64,000 nt of DNA from contig JBLWGC010000104.1 of the NCBI GenBank assembly GCA_048772705.1, positions 186,001 through 250,000 on the forward strand, written 5' to 3'. The notes under the pieces were generated by a model. The model was not told the DNA's origin and ran no database searches. It saw only the letters and a program-made list of their open reading frames with translations. Position numbers and translations under genes: made by a program. Source of the stretch: Leidyana gryllorum EB-2025a (Eukaryota; Protista; Apicomplexa). This document shows positions 14,117 to 25,141 of this stretch, piece after piece (the first letter of the stretch is position 1; the number at the start of each line of letters is the position of its first letter).

Positions 14117-16010
14117 ATGTCCGACCTCTACGTATCTCCTCTTGCCACCAGCGATCTGGATTCCGCAAGCGACATTGCAGCTCTCGTTGATCGGACAATG
14201 ACCTTCCCAGCCCACCAGACCAACGGTGCTGCGACTGCTGAGGGGTTAGATGAAGTCACTGAGGCCGCAGTGAACGCATTGGACGCCGCCGTTGAAGGCG
14301 CTGCTACCGCCGCCGAGAACGGCACGCTACGAGGCGACCGCTCGAACGGGGAAGAAAGCCCCGAACCTGTCCGTGTCGTGGCACCTGGGGGCCCATTAGC
14401 TCCTTTTGCGAACGCAGTGGACGATTTGGCGCGAGAAGTCGCTGGCAAAGAGTGTCCCAAGGTATGCTTTCAGCTCGCGAAAGCTGTAACCCGAAGTCGA
14501 GATGTGTGCGGTTATAAGAAGATCCGCGATCTAGGCGCCGGTACTTTTGGCAAAGCCATTCTCGTTGAACACGAGGAGTCCGGGCGACTGTAAGTCTCAA
14601 AGTCTCAAAAGTCTCCCCCCCAAAGTCTCCCCCCCAAAGTCTCCCCCCAAAGTCTCCCCTCCAAAGTCTCCCCCCCAAAGTCTCCCCCCCAAAGTCTCCC
14701 CCCCAAAGTCTCCCCCCTCGCCCTCTTTCTACTGTGACTGCTGTATTGCAGATCCGTAATGAAAGCAATTGATGTAACGAAGATGTCTAATAAGCAACGC
14801 AAAGCGGCTGTGAATGAAGTTCGATTACTCGGGGCTCTTCGACACCCCTTTATCATTGGATTCCAGGAGGCTTTCTTAGTCCACGGCTTCCTTTGCATTA
14901 TCACTGATTTCGCTGACGCAGGTGATCTCGCCTCTGAGATCAAAGATCGAGTCGCCGCCAACAAGCCTTTTTGTGAACACGAGGTCATCAGCATCATGAC
15001 TCAACTCACAATGTCCCTTAGATATTTGCACAAGCAGCACATCCTTCACCGAGACATTAAGACCTCCAACATCTTCATGACCAGTCAAGGTAGAGTTCGT
15101 CTCGGAGACTTTGGCATTGCCAAAGCACTCGATGCAACCAGCGCTGTTGCCAATACAATGATAGGTACCCCCTATTATCTCTCGCCAGAAGTTTATGGCG
15201 TAAGTTACCACCCACACCACTCCTTCCCTTAAACCTCGTCAGAAGTTCCCATACTCCTGGGCCAGTGACATCTGGGCTCTCGGCTGCGTTCTCTACGAGC
15301 TTTGCACCCTCAAAGTTCCTTTCGAAGCGTCCAACATGTCAGAACTCACCGCCAAAGTGCTCCGATCTGAACCCCCACGGATCCCAGAACGTTACAGCCC
15401 CTACCTCCACCAACTATATGCTGCAATGATGCGCAAAAACCCCGCTGACCGCCCCGGTACCTATCAAATTCTCAACCATTCCATCATCCGCTTCCATGCC
15501 GCCGATATGATCGGCCATACCCGCCGCTACAGAGAACGCAACCCCGATACCGTCCCCTTCCCCAGAGTCACCAGCGACAGCTACTGCATCTGTGGCGCTA
15601 ATGAATCAATGGCTCAGTATTTCAATTTCTCATACGAAGGCACCATGCCCAACATCGACGCACACATTGCCGCCAACCAGGCTGACGTACGCGAAATCAT
15701 CAGACGCAAAAGGGAAGCCGAACGCCAAGAGGAGCTAAACAAACACTTCGACGAACTTCTTGCGGAATGTGAGGATCAAGTACCCCTCGAACACCCCACC
15801 TTCGCTTGCGCCCCCAAACCCGGTCTCTGGTTCCCAGGTAACCAATTCACCTCAACCTGCTTTACTTCATCACCCCCAATAGGACCCAGCACTCTCATCC
15901 TGCCCGCCACACGCGCAAACCGCTATCGTGTCGAAGCACTCCAAGCCGAGATCGGCCAACGATCCACCTTTGGAAAACAGACCGACAACGAGGAACCGGA
16001 GCAAGAGTGA
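14117..16010 (+). CDS. NIMA-related kinase (NEK); 2 introns
   Basis: LGAGTFGKA, HRDIKTSNIF, DFGIAK, GTPYYLSPE, SDIWALG; introns 14590-14751 and about 15199-15242. Confidence 0.9.
14592..14718 (+). repeat. Intronic minisatellite (AAAGTCTCCCCCC[C])n, about 8-9 units
   Basis: Directly visible tandem units within NEK intron 1. Confidence 0.9.
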
Positions 16011-16048
16011 TTCAAAATGAGATTGTTCATTTGAAGAAACACTCAATG

Positions 16049-16546
16049 TCATTCACTGCCCTCCTCACTCTCTCCGTCTGACGACGCAAGCTTCATGTAC
16101 TCTATTGCGCTCGCATTCGGTGGTAAATCGTCGTAATCCTTCGTAATTTCCCCTACTCTGGAGTCGTCGAATGCTGTAATTAACTCCAACACATCCGTCG
16201 GTAACCCTTCAAGACCTCCGAGCTTCTCGGCCAGTACTGCCGCTAAGTCAGCCTCAAGGTCGCGTAATTCGTCGTCGCCGTGGTCGTCTTCCACTTGTTC
16301 AATGTTGTCTAGCGCTGTTAGTACTTCAGCTGCTGTTATCTGATCGTCAGATATACCATAGTTAGTCTTTTTTGAATCCACAATTGCAGATTGTTGCCTC
16401 AAAGTAGTTGACACGTCATCATCAGTTCCTTTCTCATCGTCTGTTCCTTTGATACCTTCCGTTGCACTTTCAGTCTCAGTCTCAGCCTCAATTACGCTTC
16501 TAGCGATGTCAACGTCTTTGTCTAGAGTGATATCACAATTTGACAT
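16049..16546 (-). CDS. Acidic hypothetical protein (165 aa)
   Basis: Single ATG-started ORF filling the gap between two genes; D/E-rich, KGTDDEKGTDDD mini-repeat. Confidence 0.65.
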   Translation of the reverse strand: MSNCDITLDKDVDIARSVIEAETETESATEGIKGTDDEKGTDDDVSTTLRQQSAIVDSKKTNYGISDDQITAAEVLTALDNIEQVEDDHGDDELRDLEADLAAVLAEKLGGLEGLPTDVLELITAFDDSRVGEITKDYDDLPPNASAIEYMKLASSDGESEEGSE

Positions 16547-16642
16547 TTCAATAATCTATAGCTTAACAACAGCATCTTAGCTATTTTTCCGTTATGCATC
16601 CTCCCATAACAGTATGAAAAATCTCATGTCATCAAGCATTAA

Positions 16643-17822
16643 TCAATCGAACACAGTCACTTCTATCCTGGGTTGAGGCTCGCAGCATCCATCGCAACGA
16701 GCACAGTACGCAGCGAGGACGCATCCAAGATCACATTGGGGTGCGGCTGTGGTGGTGGTGGTTGTGGTTCTTCGAGTGGTGGTCGTTGGTCTGGTGGTAG
16801 TAGTTGTTGGTCTGGTGGTAGTAGTTGTTGGTCTGGTGGTCGTCGTCGTGGATGTTGTTGTGGTGGTAGTGGTAGTTGGTCGAGTTGTGGTGGTCGTCGG
16901 GGGCCGAGTGGTGGTTTCTCCTCGTCCACCGGGTGAGATAGTTATTGGGAGAGTGGTAGTCGTTGTGGTGGTAGTATGGCGAGGAGTTAGTGTTACCGTT
17001 CTGACATGGGGATACTCAGCCTTAAAGCGTGTCCATATCTGCGCAAGGTGAGGGTGAGTGACTAGAAAAGAGGTCTCCGAACCTCGATCGTTTTGAGTCT
17101 CCGACACCTCTTCAATCGTATAGGTTTCATCACCATCGGCCTCAGAGAACTCAGCGGAGGCAGCTACACTGCGGTAAGCCTTCTCAGCCGCTTCCTCGAT
17201 GGTCAGCCCTTCAGTTTCCTCTGCCACTCCAAAAGCCTCCATGACTTCGCGCCACCTGCGGCCACCCTCCAAACCAAAAGTGCCACGGCCGTACAAGACA
17301 GTCAGTCCTGTACAGAATGCTGGTCCTGTGACAGCATACTCATCATAGTGCACGAATCGTTGGACCTCGTCGTTGTTTATCATTTCCGCGTCTTTGAGGA
17401 AGCAAGTACCTCCAGTTCCGTGCCAGAGCCAAACAAAGTTGACACAATCTTGATCAGCTTGACAAAGCATCTGGCAGTGATTTGGGGTGGGAGTCCAATG
17501 ATGAACATAACCACTCTGGGTTGGGAACGCGGCATCGGCCATGCCAATCACGTAGTGGCTGAAACAGGAGTTTGTGGGCAATAAGACTTCGTTGGCACTC
17601 AGTTCATAGGTCTGGAAGTGGCAGATTTCACTGAAAGCCAATGACGCCGTAGGTGAATCCACCGTGTCACAAAGGTATTTGCAGTCAGCGTTAGTGACCG
17701 GGAAACCGTTGCTAAAGGCGAATTCACATTGCGAAATTGCTGTCGAAGGTATAAATGGGTGTCAGAAGGTTGGAATTACCTGAAGCGCCAAATCCAACCA
17801 CAAGGAGAATTTCGAGCCGCAT
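16643..17822 (-). CDS. Secreted Apple/PAN-domain protein with Thr-rich mucin stalk and Cys-rich tip; 1 intron
   Basis: Signal exon MRLEILLVVGFGAS; TPNHCQMLCQADQDCVNFVW...TCFLK...VTGPAFC is an Apple/PAN pattern; poly-Thr tract; CDLGCVLAAYCARCDGCC. Confidence 0.8.
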
Positions 17823-17852
17823 TGTTAACACGTGTGTGTTCGGTCGGAGACA

Positions 17853-19083
17853 TCATTGTTCTTCCGGGGGAGTAGTAGTATGCTGTTCCTGCTTCGGGTC
17901 CGGCTCTTCTTCTTTGAGAGCCTCCATTGATGTTGAATTACGAGCCGCATCCTGTGCGTCAATTTGTAACAGCGAATTAATGGCAGATCGACAGATAGGG
18001 CATCTTTGGTCGCGGCAGCGGATTGCCGCGGCGCACTATGGCATGCATGTGTAGAAGGAATTGCTTATTCACTCACCACTGCGCACAGACAGAGGTGCCG
18101 ACAGGGCAACACCATTATGTTGCAGGGCTCAGTTGAGCATATCAGACACGTTGCCGGGGCTCTGTAATGGTCGTATTGCCCTTCATGTGGTCGCACTTAC
18201 TCCTCCATTTCATCTTTAGTACTATAGATCTTCATGATTGAATATACTTTCTTTCCAATCTGCATTTTCTCTTCCCACTGTGTGAGCATATAGGTTCCTG
18301 GTTCACCACTTCGGAATGGCTCGAATCGCAAATAATACCACTGAGTCCATTGACTATCATGGGCGTGCGCCTATTACGATGTCCAGAATCGCAAATTTGT
18401 TGTCGATGGAAGCCTGACTCACGGTTACGTTCAGCAGCACGATATGGAATTCAGCATCTTCTGGTCTGAGGTGTCCAATAGGGATACTACAGATATGGAG
18501 GATTTTGCGGTGGTTCGAGTGTTGAGATTACCTCAAAGAAAGGTCCGAGCCTTCTTGCACATTCTGCATTTGAGACAAATTCCAATCCGCTGGCACAGCC
18601 TCCGGGGTGGAGCACCTAACAGATGAGATGATTGCAGTATCGGAATATTGTCTCTGCCTACTCTGAGAGTGAGCTCACGCCTGCTGGCGAGGCGTGGCAG
18701 AAGACTGTAACTTTGCAGGGAATATCAGCAGAATAGCGCAGATCGATCTGCGTCTGTCCGCGAGAAGTTGGCTACAGGGCGCGCGGTTTCGCGAGCTCGA
18801 GTACGGAAGAGAGTTGCTTACCTTGAGTAGCGTTTCATCGAATTTGATCATGAAAGGATTCTTTACAGGGAGAGCCTTTCGAGTCTCCTGTGCAATGCTC
18901 AGTGGACGGCCATGATAGTGTGCGTACTTGTGAAATGCTTCTAGAGTGCATGGCAATCGGCCCGGCGCCATCGAGCGGCACGACCGGCTGCATACAGACA
19001 CTGAAAATGTCCCACCAGCAGGTGCTAACCTGCGCCAGATTGAGTCCCACATCGTCTTCTTCTGCCGATTGACCAGCGCCCAT
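17853..19083 (-). CDS. RING-HC E3 ubiquitin ligase, MGRN1/RNF157/LOG2-like; multi-exon
   Basis: MGAGQS myristoylation-type start; KALPVKNPFMIKFDETL; spliced RING CLIC...VLPCRHLCLC..C...RCPICR (not captured by the ORF track). Confidence 0.8.
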
Positions 19084-19164
19084 AGTGGTGCAGGGTTTGC
19101 AGGAAAGGGAAAAAACTGATTGCAGGGCTGTGGTGTGGTAGAGTTGAGGTTTAGGGAGGGCAAA

Positions 19165-21357
19165 ATGAAGTGGTGGTTACCGTGGTTACTACCCACTGTG
19201 TGTTGCGGTTTGCAGTGTTTGCGTGGTTGGACTGAAAGTCCCTATGTTGACCGATGTTTCATTCGCTATCGGTTCCGCGACTTGATGTCGAAAGAGAAGG
19301 GCGGCTGGTTGGAAGCTGCACACCACTGCGCTCGACAGGGTGGCATCTTGGCGACGATGCGGGATGAGAAGGAGGCGCAGTTCGTGTCTCAGCTGGTTGA
19401 TGACCAGTGTTGGATGGGTTATCGTAACTCCAACGGAACTGCTTATTGGATAGATCGACCTGAAGACACTGAGCCTCAGGGTGTCGGGAATTGGCGATAT
19501 CCGGACCGTTGCGGTACAATCGGCTCGAAAGGGTGGAGTGACCGTGCGTGCACGGTGAAGATGAAGTGCTTTGTGTGTGGTACCACCGCTCAAGATACCG
19601 ACCCCAAGGTGCTACTGCTCAGCAAAGTCATTCAAAGGGGAGGCACAGGATCCGAAGCTGCGCTGTCGATGCTGGCGCGCTTCACTCGCAACACTCCCGG
19701 CCTCCCACCTACAAACGTGGCTGACTTTTTACTCTTCCGTCCGCGAGGCAGTACGCTCCCAGACCCTCCAGGCGAATCTCTCGTGGTGCTGAGTAACAGC
19801 GATCTCAAAGGCGAGAGTCAGAAACAACAGCATACCGCTAATCCGGACGAAGAACAACAGCTCATTCGTTGGCAACTGGCTGCCAACGCGTCCAGACACA
19901 ACTTGGAAGCCCGCGGAATCGAGATTGGAACTTACAAGACTGCGCCGACACCCACCTACAGCAGTCTGCACGAGAAATGGAAAGGTCCTCAATATACTGC
20001 AGAGTTGGCAGCCTCTGGGCAGACAGAGAAGTTACTGGCGGGGGCCGGAGTGGGTGGGGCGGCGACACAATCAGCCGTCCAACAAGAGCGAACACCCGAG
20101 GAACTGGAAGAAGAGTACCGCATGTATCCCACTCCTCTATCGATTCCGTCCTTTGAGGGGGGGGGTCTGTACCACAACCCGTCCACTGCGCCTCCCCCGC
20201 CGCCGGTGGTGGAGAATAGAGAAGTCGGAATCACGGAGGAGACGACTTCATCTAAACCGCCAAAATACCTTTCCAGGGCAGAACGAATTAGTGGGCGGAG
20301 AGAAAGAGTGCGAAACAGTGAGACGGCGAACAAAGCACTACGAGCTGCCATCTCTCAAACAGTCTGGGCGGTTTTAGAGAATGTCACCAGTCAGCCTGAG
20401 CTTCAAAGCCCATTAGCCAGTGCCCTCTCAGTGGTGGACACAGTGTTGGGAGGCGTAGCTAACATCAGTACCCCACCGGCAGTGGTCACAACAACAACTA
20501 CAACAACAACAACGACGACAACAACTGTGACGTCGACAGCGTCGTCGTCGTCAACCACCACCACGACGACGACGACGACGACAGCCAAAACCACCACTAA
20601 GAGTGCTCAGAGAGTTGCCACCCCCACAACGGCCAAAGTCGCTGTTGCCAATTCAGTACCACTCTCAGATTCTATCGTGCACTCACCTCCCCCAACAGTC
20701 CAAACGGGACCGGGACCACAAACCGCCATCGCTTCATTCAGCCGTTTCCCAAAGGTCAGCGAGGCTGCAGCATATGGGTCTGCGGCGACGAATGATTCTC
20801 GCACCAGACTGCGACCTATTCGCAACTCGTCGTCATCCACCTCCTCTCCTTCTCCACCTCCGACCACCTCCACGACCCACACCCCTGACGCCGAGGTGTC
20901 GCCTGTGGAGGTCGATACCCCCGCGGCGACTCCCATCCCCGGCCCAATTAAAGATGTCGAGATAGCCGAAAGTGCAGCGGTGGGGTCCGGGGCGGGCACG
21001 TTGTCGAGTGGGAAGTGGGAAGGCAGCGCTGGTGACAGCCCAGCAGCCGAGGAGGAGGCCGAAAGTGATGAAGTCGACGATGGGACACTGACTACCACAC
21101 GGCGAGTGTTGGGCGGATTGTTGGCTGTGGCGGGGTCTGTTTCGGGTTACGCGTTATATCGGCGGTTATTGACGAGTCAGCGTCGCGCCATTCGGACTCC
21201 ATTCGAGTTTCATGCGTCAAGCGGTAGCAGCGGATTGTCTTCGACTGGACGGAGTATGAGATTGGGCCCGGCGCAAGGCGGATCGCATCCAATGCCAACC
21301 AGAATGCCCGAAATCAATGGTGGGACGATTTCGCTGAGGCGTCCGCGGTCCAGTTGA
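19165..21357 (+). CDS. Type I membrane mucin with N-terminal C-type lectin-like domain (CpClec-like domain set)
   Basis: Signal peptide MKWWLPWLLPTVCCG; C-x-x-GW...WLEAAHHC...LAT...CWMG...WSDRAC...FVC; Thr/Ser tracts; TM VLGGLLAVAGSVSGYALY; cytoplasmic tail. Confidence 0.85.
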   Translation: MKWWLPWLLPTVCCGLQCLRGWTESPYVDRCFIRYRFRDLMSKEKGGWLEAAHHCARQGGILATMRDEKEAQFVSQLVDDQCWMGYRNSNGTAYWIDRPEDTEPQGVGNWRYPDRCGTIGSKGWSDRACTVKMKCFVCGTTAQDTDPKVLLLSKVIQRGGTGSEAALSMLARFTRNTPGLPPTNVADFLLFRPRGSTLPDPPGESLVVLSNSDLKGESQKQQHTANPDEEQQLIRWQLAANASRHNLEARGIEIGTYKTAPTPTYSSLHEKWKGPQYTAELAASGQTEKLLAGAGVGGAATQSAVQQERTPEELEEEYRMYPTPLSIPSFEGGGLYHNPSTAPPPPPVVENREVGITEETTSSKPPKYLSRAERISGRRERVRNSETANKALRAAISQTVWAVLENVTSQPELQSPLASALSVVDTVLGGVANISTPPAVVTTTTTTTTTTTTTVTSTASSSSTTTTTTTTTTAKTTTKSAQRVATPTTAKVAVANSVPLSDSIVHSPPPTVQTGPGPQTAIASFSRFPKVSEAAAYGSAATNDSRTRLRPIRNSSSSTSSPSPPPTTSTTHTPDAEVSPVEVDTPAATPIPGPIKDVEIAESAAVGSGAGTLSSGKWEGSAGDSPAAEEEAESDEVDDGTLTTTRRVLGGLLAVAGSVSGYALYRRLLTSQRRAIRTPFEFHASSGSSGLSSTGRSMRLGPAQGGSHPMPTRMPEINGGTISLRRPRSS

Positions 21358-21486
21358 GTTTTTTGGCACCATTTTACCCCTATTGATAACCTCTATTGAT
21401 AACGCTGAAGCCGAAGCTATTACAGCTGGAAGGATGTGAGGTGGGAGGAGTTGTACATTGTAATAGTATGTTGGTGTGTGCAGGCG

Positions 21487-22296
21487 ATGAAAGGCTTAGT
21501 ACCTACACTGGCTGCCGGATGTAAACCCGGTCCCCGATCGTCAAACTCTCATCAAGACGAGAGAGAAACCACGGTCGTACGCATATATACTCCACCCTCT
21601 GAAGCTGCTGACACAGACAGTCAACGGCAGCAGCATCCTCCCTCCGTCTGGTCGACCCTGAGTCGCCGGTTGCGCGGTGCCAAGAGAGAAGACTCCAACC
21701 CCGTACAACAACCCTGTCTTGTGTTGCGAGGAGTTGCGAGAGACGCCGTCATATTCCAAACTCTCGACGCTGTTCGTACCTTCCTGCGAGAAGCCGCGGT
21801 CGCCTATGGTCTCACCATCAATTCAGAGACTTTCAACAACAATATAGAGCTTTCCTGCGAAACGGTCAATAGGTTTGGCCTCGTCTCGGCGGTCGTCATA
21901 CCCAAAGTCCGGATTCAAGACGACGCCTCAGTCGAGGCCTTTTCGAAGAAATTGCGACACGTCCTCGATGACGAACCGCCACCCAAACCGGACAAACACG
22001 ATATCTCTTTCCTAAAGCCCCCCGTGGACTTGGACCAAGGACCACATGTTCCCTCCTTGGCCATACATATACACGGCGCACAAGCTGATGTCAACCTTGA
22101 TAGACTCAGCAATGTCGTCAGCAAAATGAACGAAGACAATGCTCTGCTACGCTCATCATCAGCCCCCATGTGGCTGGGCCGCATTGACCCATCAGCCCTC
22201 CAACGCTATATCACTGAGCTCACAGACGGTTTAATAGGTTCGGTAGAAGCGGCCTTTGCTACTGACAATTTTTCCGCTTATGACGAGGACGACTGA
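21487..22296 (+). CDS. Hypothetical protein (about 270 aa)
   Basis: Long ORF filling the gap; start uncertain (possible small upstream exon). Confidence 0.6.
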   Translation: MKGLVPTLAAGCKPGPRSSNSHQDERETTVVRIYTPPSEAADTDSQRQQHPPSVWSTLSRRLRGAKREDSNPVQQPCLVLRGVARDAVIFQTLDAVRTFLREAAVAYGLTINSETFNNNIELSCETVNRFGLVSAVVIPKVRIQDDASVEAFSKKLRHVLDDEPPPKPDKHDISFLKPPVDLDQGPHVPSLAIHIHGAQADVNLDRLSNVVSKMNEDNALLRSSSAPMWLGRIDPSALQRYITELTDGLIGSVEAAFATDNFSAYDEDD

Positions 22297-22386
22297 GTGA
22301 TACACGCCCGCCGCCTCCCATCTGACTTGATGACCACCTGGACCAGTCCTTTCATTCACTACCCGTACAAAACCAAAAAACTGCAC

Positions 22387-23431
22387 ATGCTCTGCTATAA
22401 ATGCAAGACCGCGCCTGCTGAAACGCACCTTCGAGTCCACGCATGTGCCCGATGCTTCATTGACCGACTCCAGAAGGGGGTTGGACGCGACTTGATCGGT
22501 TTGCGGCAGCGATTTGCCAATGTCAAACAATGCCCTGTGGTCATAGCACACACGCGTGCGCAACCCACGCTGGCCCTCATCCATCTGGTCTCTCGCGACC
22601 CCAGACTCTCTCTGAAGGCCGTCATCCACGCTGGAGACCTCAAGACAACCTCATTGATCACTGAAGAGCTTCAATATGACGCCTCCGAAGACATGCTTCG
22701 CTTCATGGAGCTTCATAACACGCAAATGGACTCTCGAGCAGCCTCCGAGGATGCTGTGTCCATCATATAGTGAGTATTTAGAGCACCCAGCTGTCAACGG
22801 TTCCCTCAGTATGCGAACTTGTCGCGAGTTGTGTCGAACGAAGTTTGGGGCCGAGATACTTCTGGTACCGCACACGTTGGATGTATTAGGCGGATTGGTC
22901 CTGGCCTCATTTGTGGAAGGGAACTTTGGCAAACAGGGGATCGGCAAGACTAATGCCCGGTGGGTTGGAGCCAAGGACTGTACTGTTTTGGAGGCTTATC
23001 CACTACGCGAATGCTCGACTGGGGAAGTCGGGGAGTATTGTTCGAGGCTGGAACTAGATGAGACAGCCGCAGTAGCAACAGAAAAGGGCACCAAGTCCAC
23101 CACAACATCAGCCGGCGAAGGGTTGAGTGTGGAGGAGGAGGTTCTTTGTCATTCGGGGGTTGAGTCTTTGCTGGTTCAATTCCTCCAGCAGTCAATGGTT
23201 AATCACCCATCATTAGCCTCTAACGTTCTGAATACCACCAACAAGTTGGTTGGGCCAGACGGAGGGCAGAACGACGCGCGGTGCTGTTTGTGTTTGGAAA
23301 CGCCTTTGAGTGGACGATTGGACCGGTGGCTAGACTCTGGGTCCACTCGCAATAGTGTAGAATATCTATGTTCTCGTTGTCAGGAAGTGTGGCCTAACTA
23401 CAAAAATGAATGTTTGGCAGAAGGCTCGTGA
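22387..23431 (+). CDS. CTU2: Cytoplasmic tRNA 2-thiolation protein 2; 1 intron (22770-22809)
   Basis: CYKC...CARCF N-terminus; YPLRECSTGEV; LLVQFL...PSLASNVLNTTNKL; CCLC and LCSRC. Confidence 0.75.
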
Positions 23432-25123
23432 ACATATCAGCGCTATCGAGAACTTCTTAACAGAGTCCAGTGGGCTGGCGAGTCGCGAGGAAAGAAGGGA
23501 CTCCATTCAGTCACACGACTCGGCTACTTCGTCCCTAAACCTATCTCTTCCCGCACGCCGACACCTGTCATCGGGCACTCGCAATCCAGCCTTGGCCGCC
23601 GTGGCCTCTGCGTGGCAATCGGTCGCTTCCAGCCTTGAATTCGGAAATAGGAGAAATGGGTCGGCGCGACGAGTCAAGGACGCCCTGACCGCCAACGCCA
23701 GTGGCTATGGAGCGTTACCCGACTCCAACCCATCATCAAGTCCCCCCTCGGACAATGACGCCTTGGCCCCTACAAAACCCTCTGTCAATCAAGTCTTAAG
23801 CAATGCTAATAGGTAATGGGCGTCGTCATGATGGACTGAGTGGGCCCACCTTCTTTCTACCCAACAGGTACTCTCAAACGATGAGAACTCCCAAGGATCG
23901 TTGGGAGTGGGCCAGTCTTATGTGTTTCGCTTGGTGTCATCGGTGCTGGGGACGCCGACTCGCCCTTCCGGCTAGGCCTCAATGTAATATGTGTGGGGTA
24001 TCTCTCGGCTTTCCCGATTGGCGAATGCCTTGCGTGTGCCCCGTTTGTATGGATATATTCTGCTCCTCATGCTACGGAGGCTCATGGCTCGGAAGATTCT
24101 TAGGCGATCGAGGTTGCAGGAGGTGCTCTATCATCGTCCACCGATATGAACATTTCCATGGCCACACTGCTCGTCAGCTTGAAGCAGGTATATACTGCGT
24201 AGTCGCCGCTCGGGACATGCCACCCTCTCCAAGCCCTGCTGACCCTTCTGCCAAACAATTTGCTGCTACCACGGTCGTCGGACTCTGCGCTCAAACCAGC
24301 GTAGAAAGTATTTCAAGTATGGCCGTGCCTTCCCAAGTGGCCGATCGCAAACATGCCGGCCTCAGCAGCAGCGCCACGCATCCCAGCGCTGTCAGTCTGG
24401 AAGACCTAACCACCGATACTGCGAGCGCGGGTGCGGAACACCGCTCGGTTCACACTGATCTCAGACCATCTATCGTCCTCTGTGCTGAAGACCCTGCGGA
24501 CGATGATGAATCAGGCCGAAACGGACCGAGATACAGTTGCTTTCCGAGGAGCGGACCCGCCTATGACACTGTTGGGATGATCACACGACGCGAAGCGCTA
24601 GAACTCGAGGGTCTGGCGGACGAAATGCTCGACATTGAAATCAACAATATGCTGAATCTGAGGGCCGTCAGTTGGGTACACCTGGATGTAGACTCTTCCC
24701 AGGTACTTCTTCCACACCTTCAAGACCATTAACGGCTTTCCTCTGCAGTTGGAGTTCCGCAGCCTGGCGCGTCGTAACAATCGTCCAGTGATCTGCAGAC
24801 GGATTCCGATCGAGAGGATCCAAAAGATTGATGGTGAGGCAACTAGAGAGGCTTTCCGCAAACCTCAGCCGAACCACAGCCATATCCAGCCTCAATTCGT
24901 TAATGATACATGTTCTTGACCCCCGGGCTACCACAGCGGACAAGCATTCTAGGCGGGTGGTACCTTGGTGGCTGATACGCTTTCCGGATCAAGCCACATG
25001 GAACCATTGGGCTCAGGTTGGTAATTTCTGCTGTTCTATGCCCCACTCTGACAGATGCTTCGGCTGGCCTGGGAGCTTTTAGCTCCCGAACGCATAGAAG
25101 AGCACCGTGCGCGTGCGCGATAG
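23406..25123 (+). CDS. FYVE-like zinc finger protein with possible C-terminal PH-like domain; multi-exon
   Basis: CNMC...CPVCMDIFCSSC...CRRC (8 Cys); introns 23812-23867, about 24703-24748, about 25017-25055; ends RARAR*. Confidence 0.6.
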
Positions 25124-25141
25124 TGTGTCTCTACACACGCA

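Noticed and set aside
14592-14718. Possible CRISPR array or telomeric repeat
   Set aside because: No unique spacers, eukaryotic intron context, and the unit is not TTAGGG/TTTAGGG-like
16745-16980. GTG/GTT trinucleotide-like repeats (also 20485-20600)
   Set aside because: Simply encode the poly-Thr mucin tracts
22676-22810. Apparent frameshift/pseudogene in CTU2 (and similar breaks in DDB1, PFK, trehalase)
   Set aside because: Resolved by canonical GT-AG introns where checked; no recoding needed
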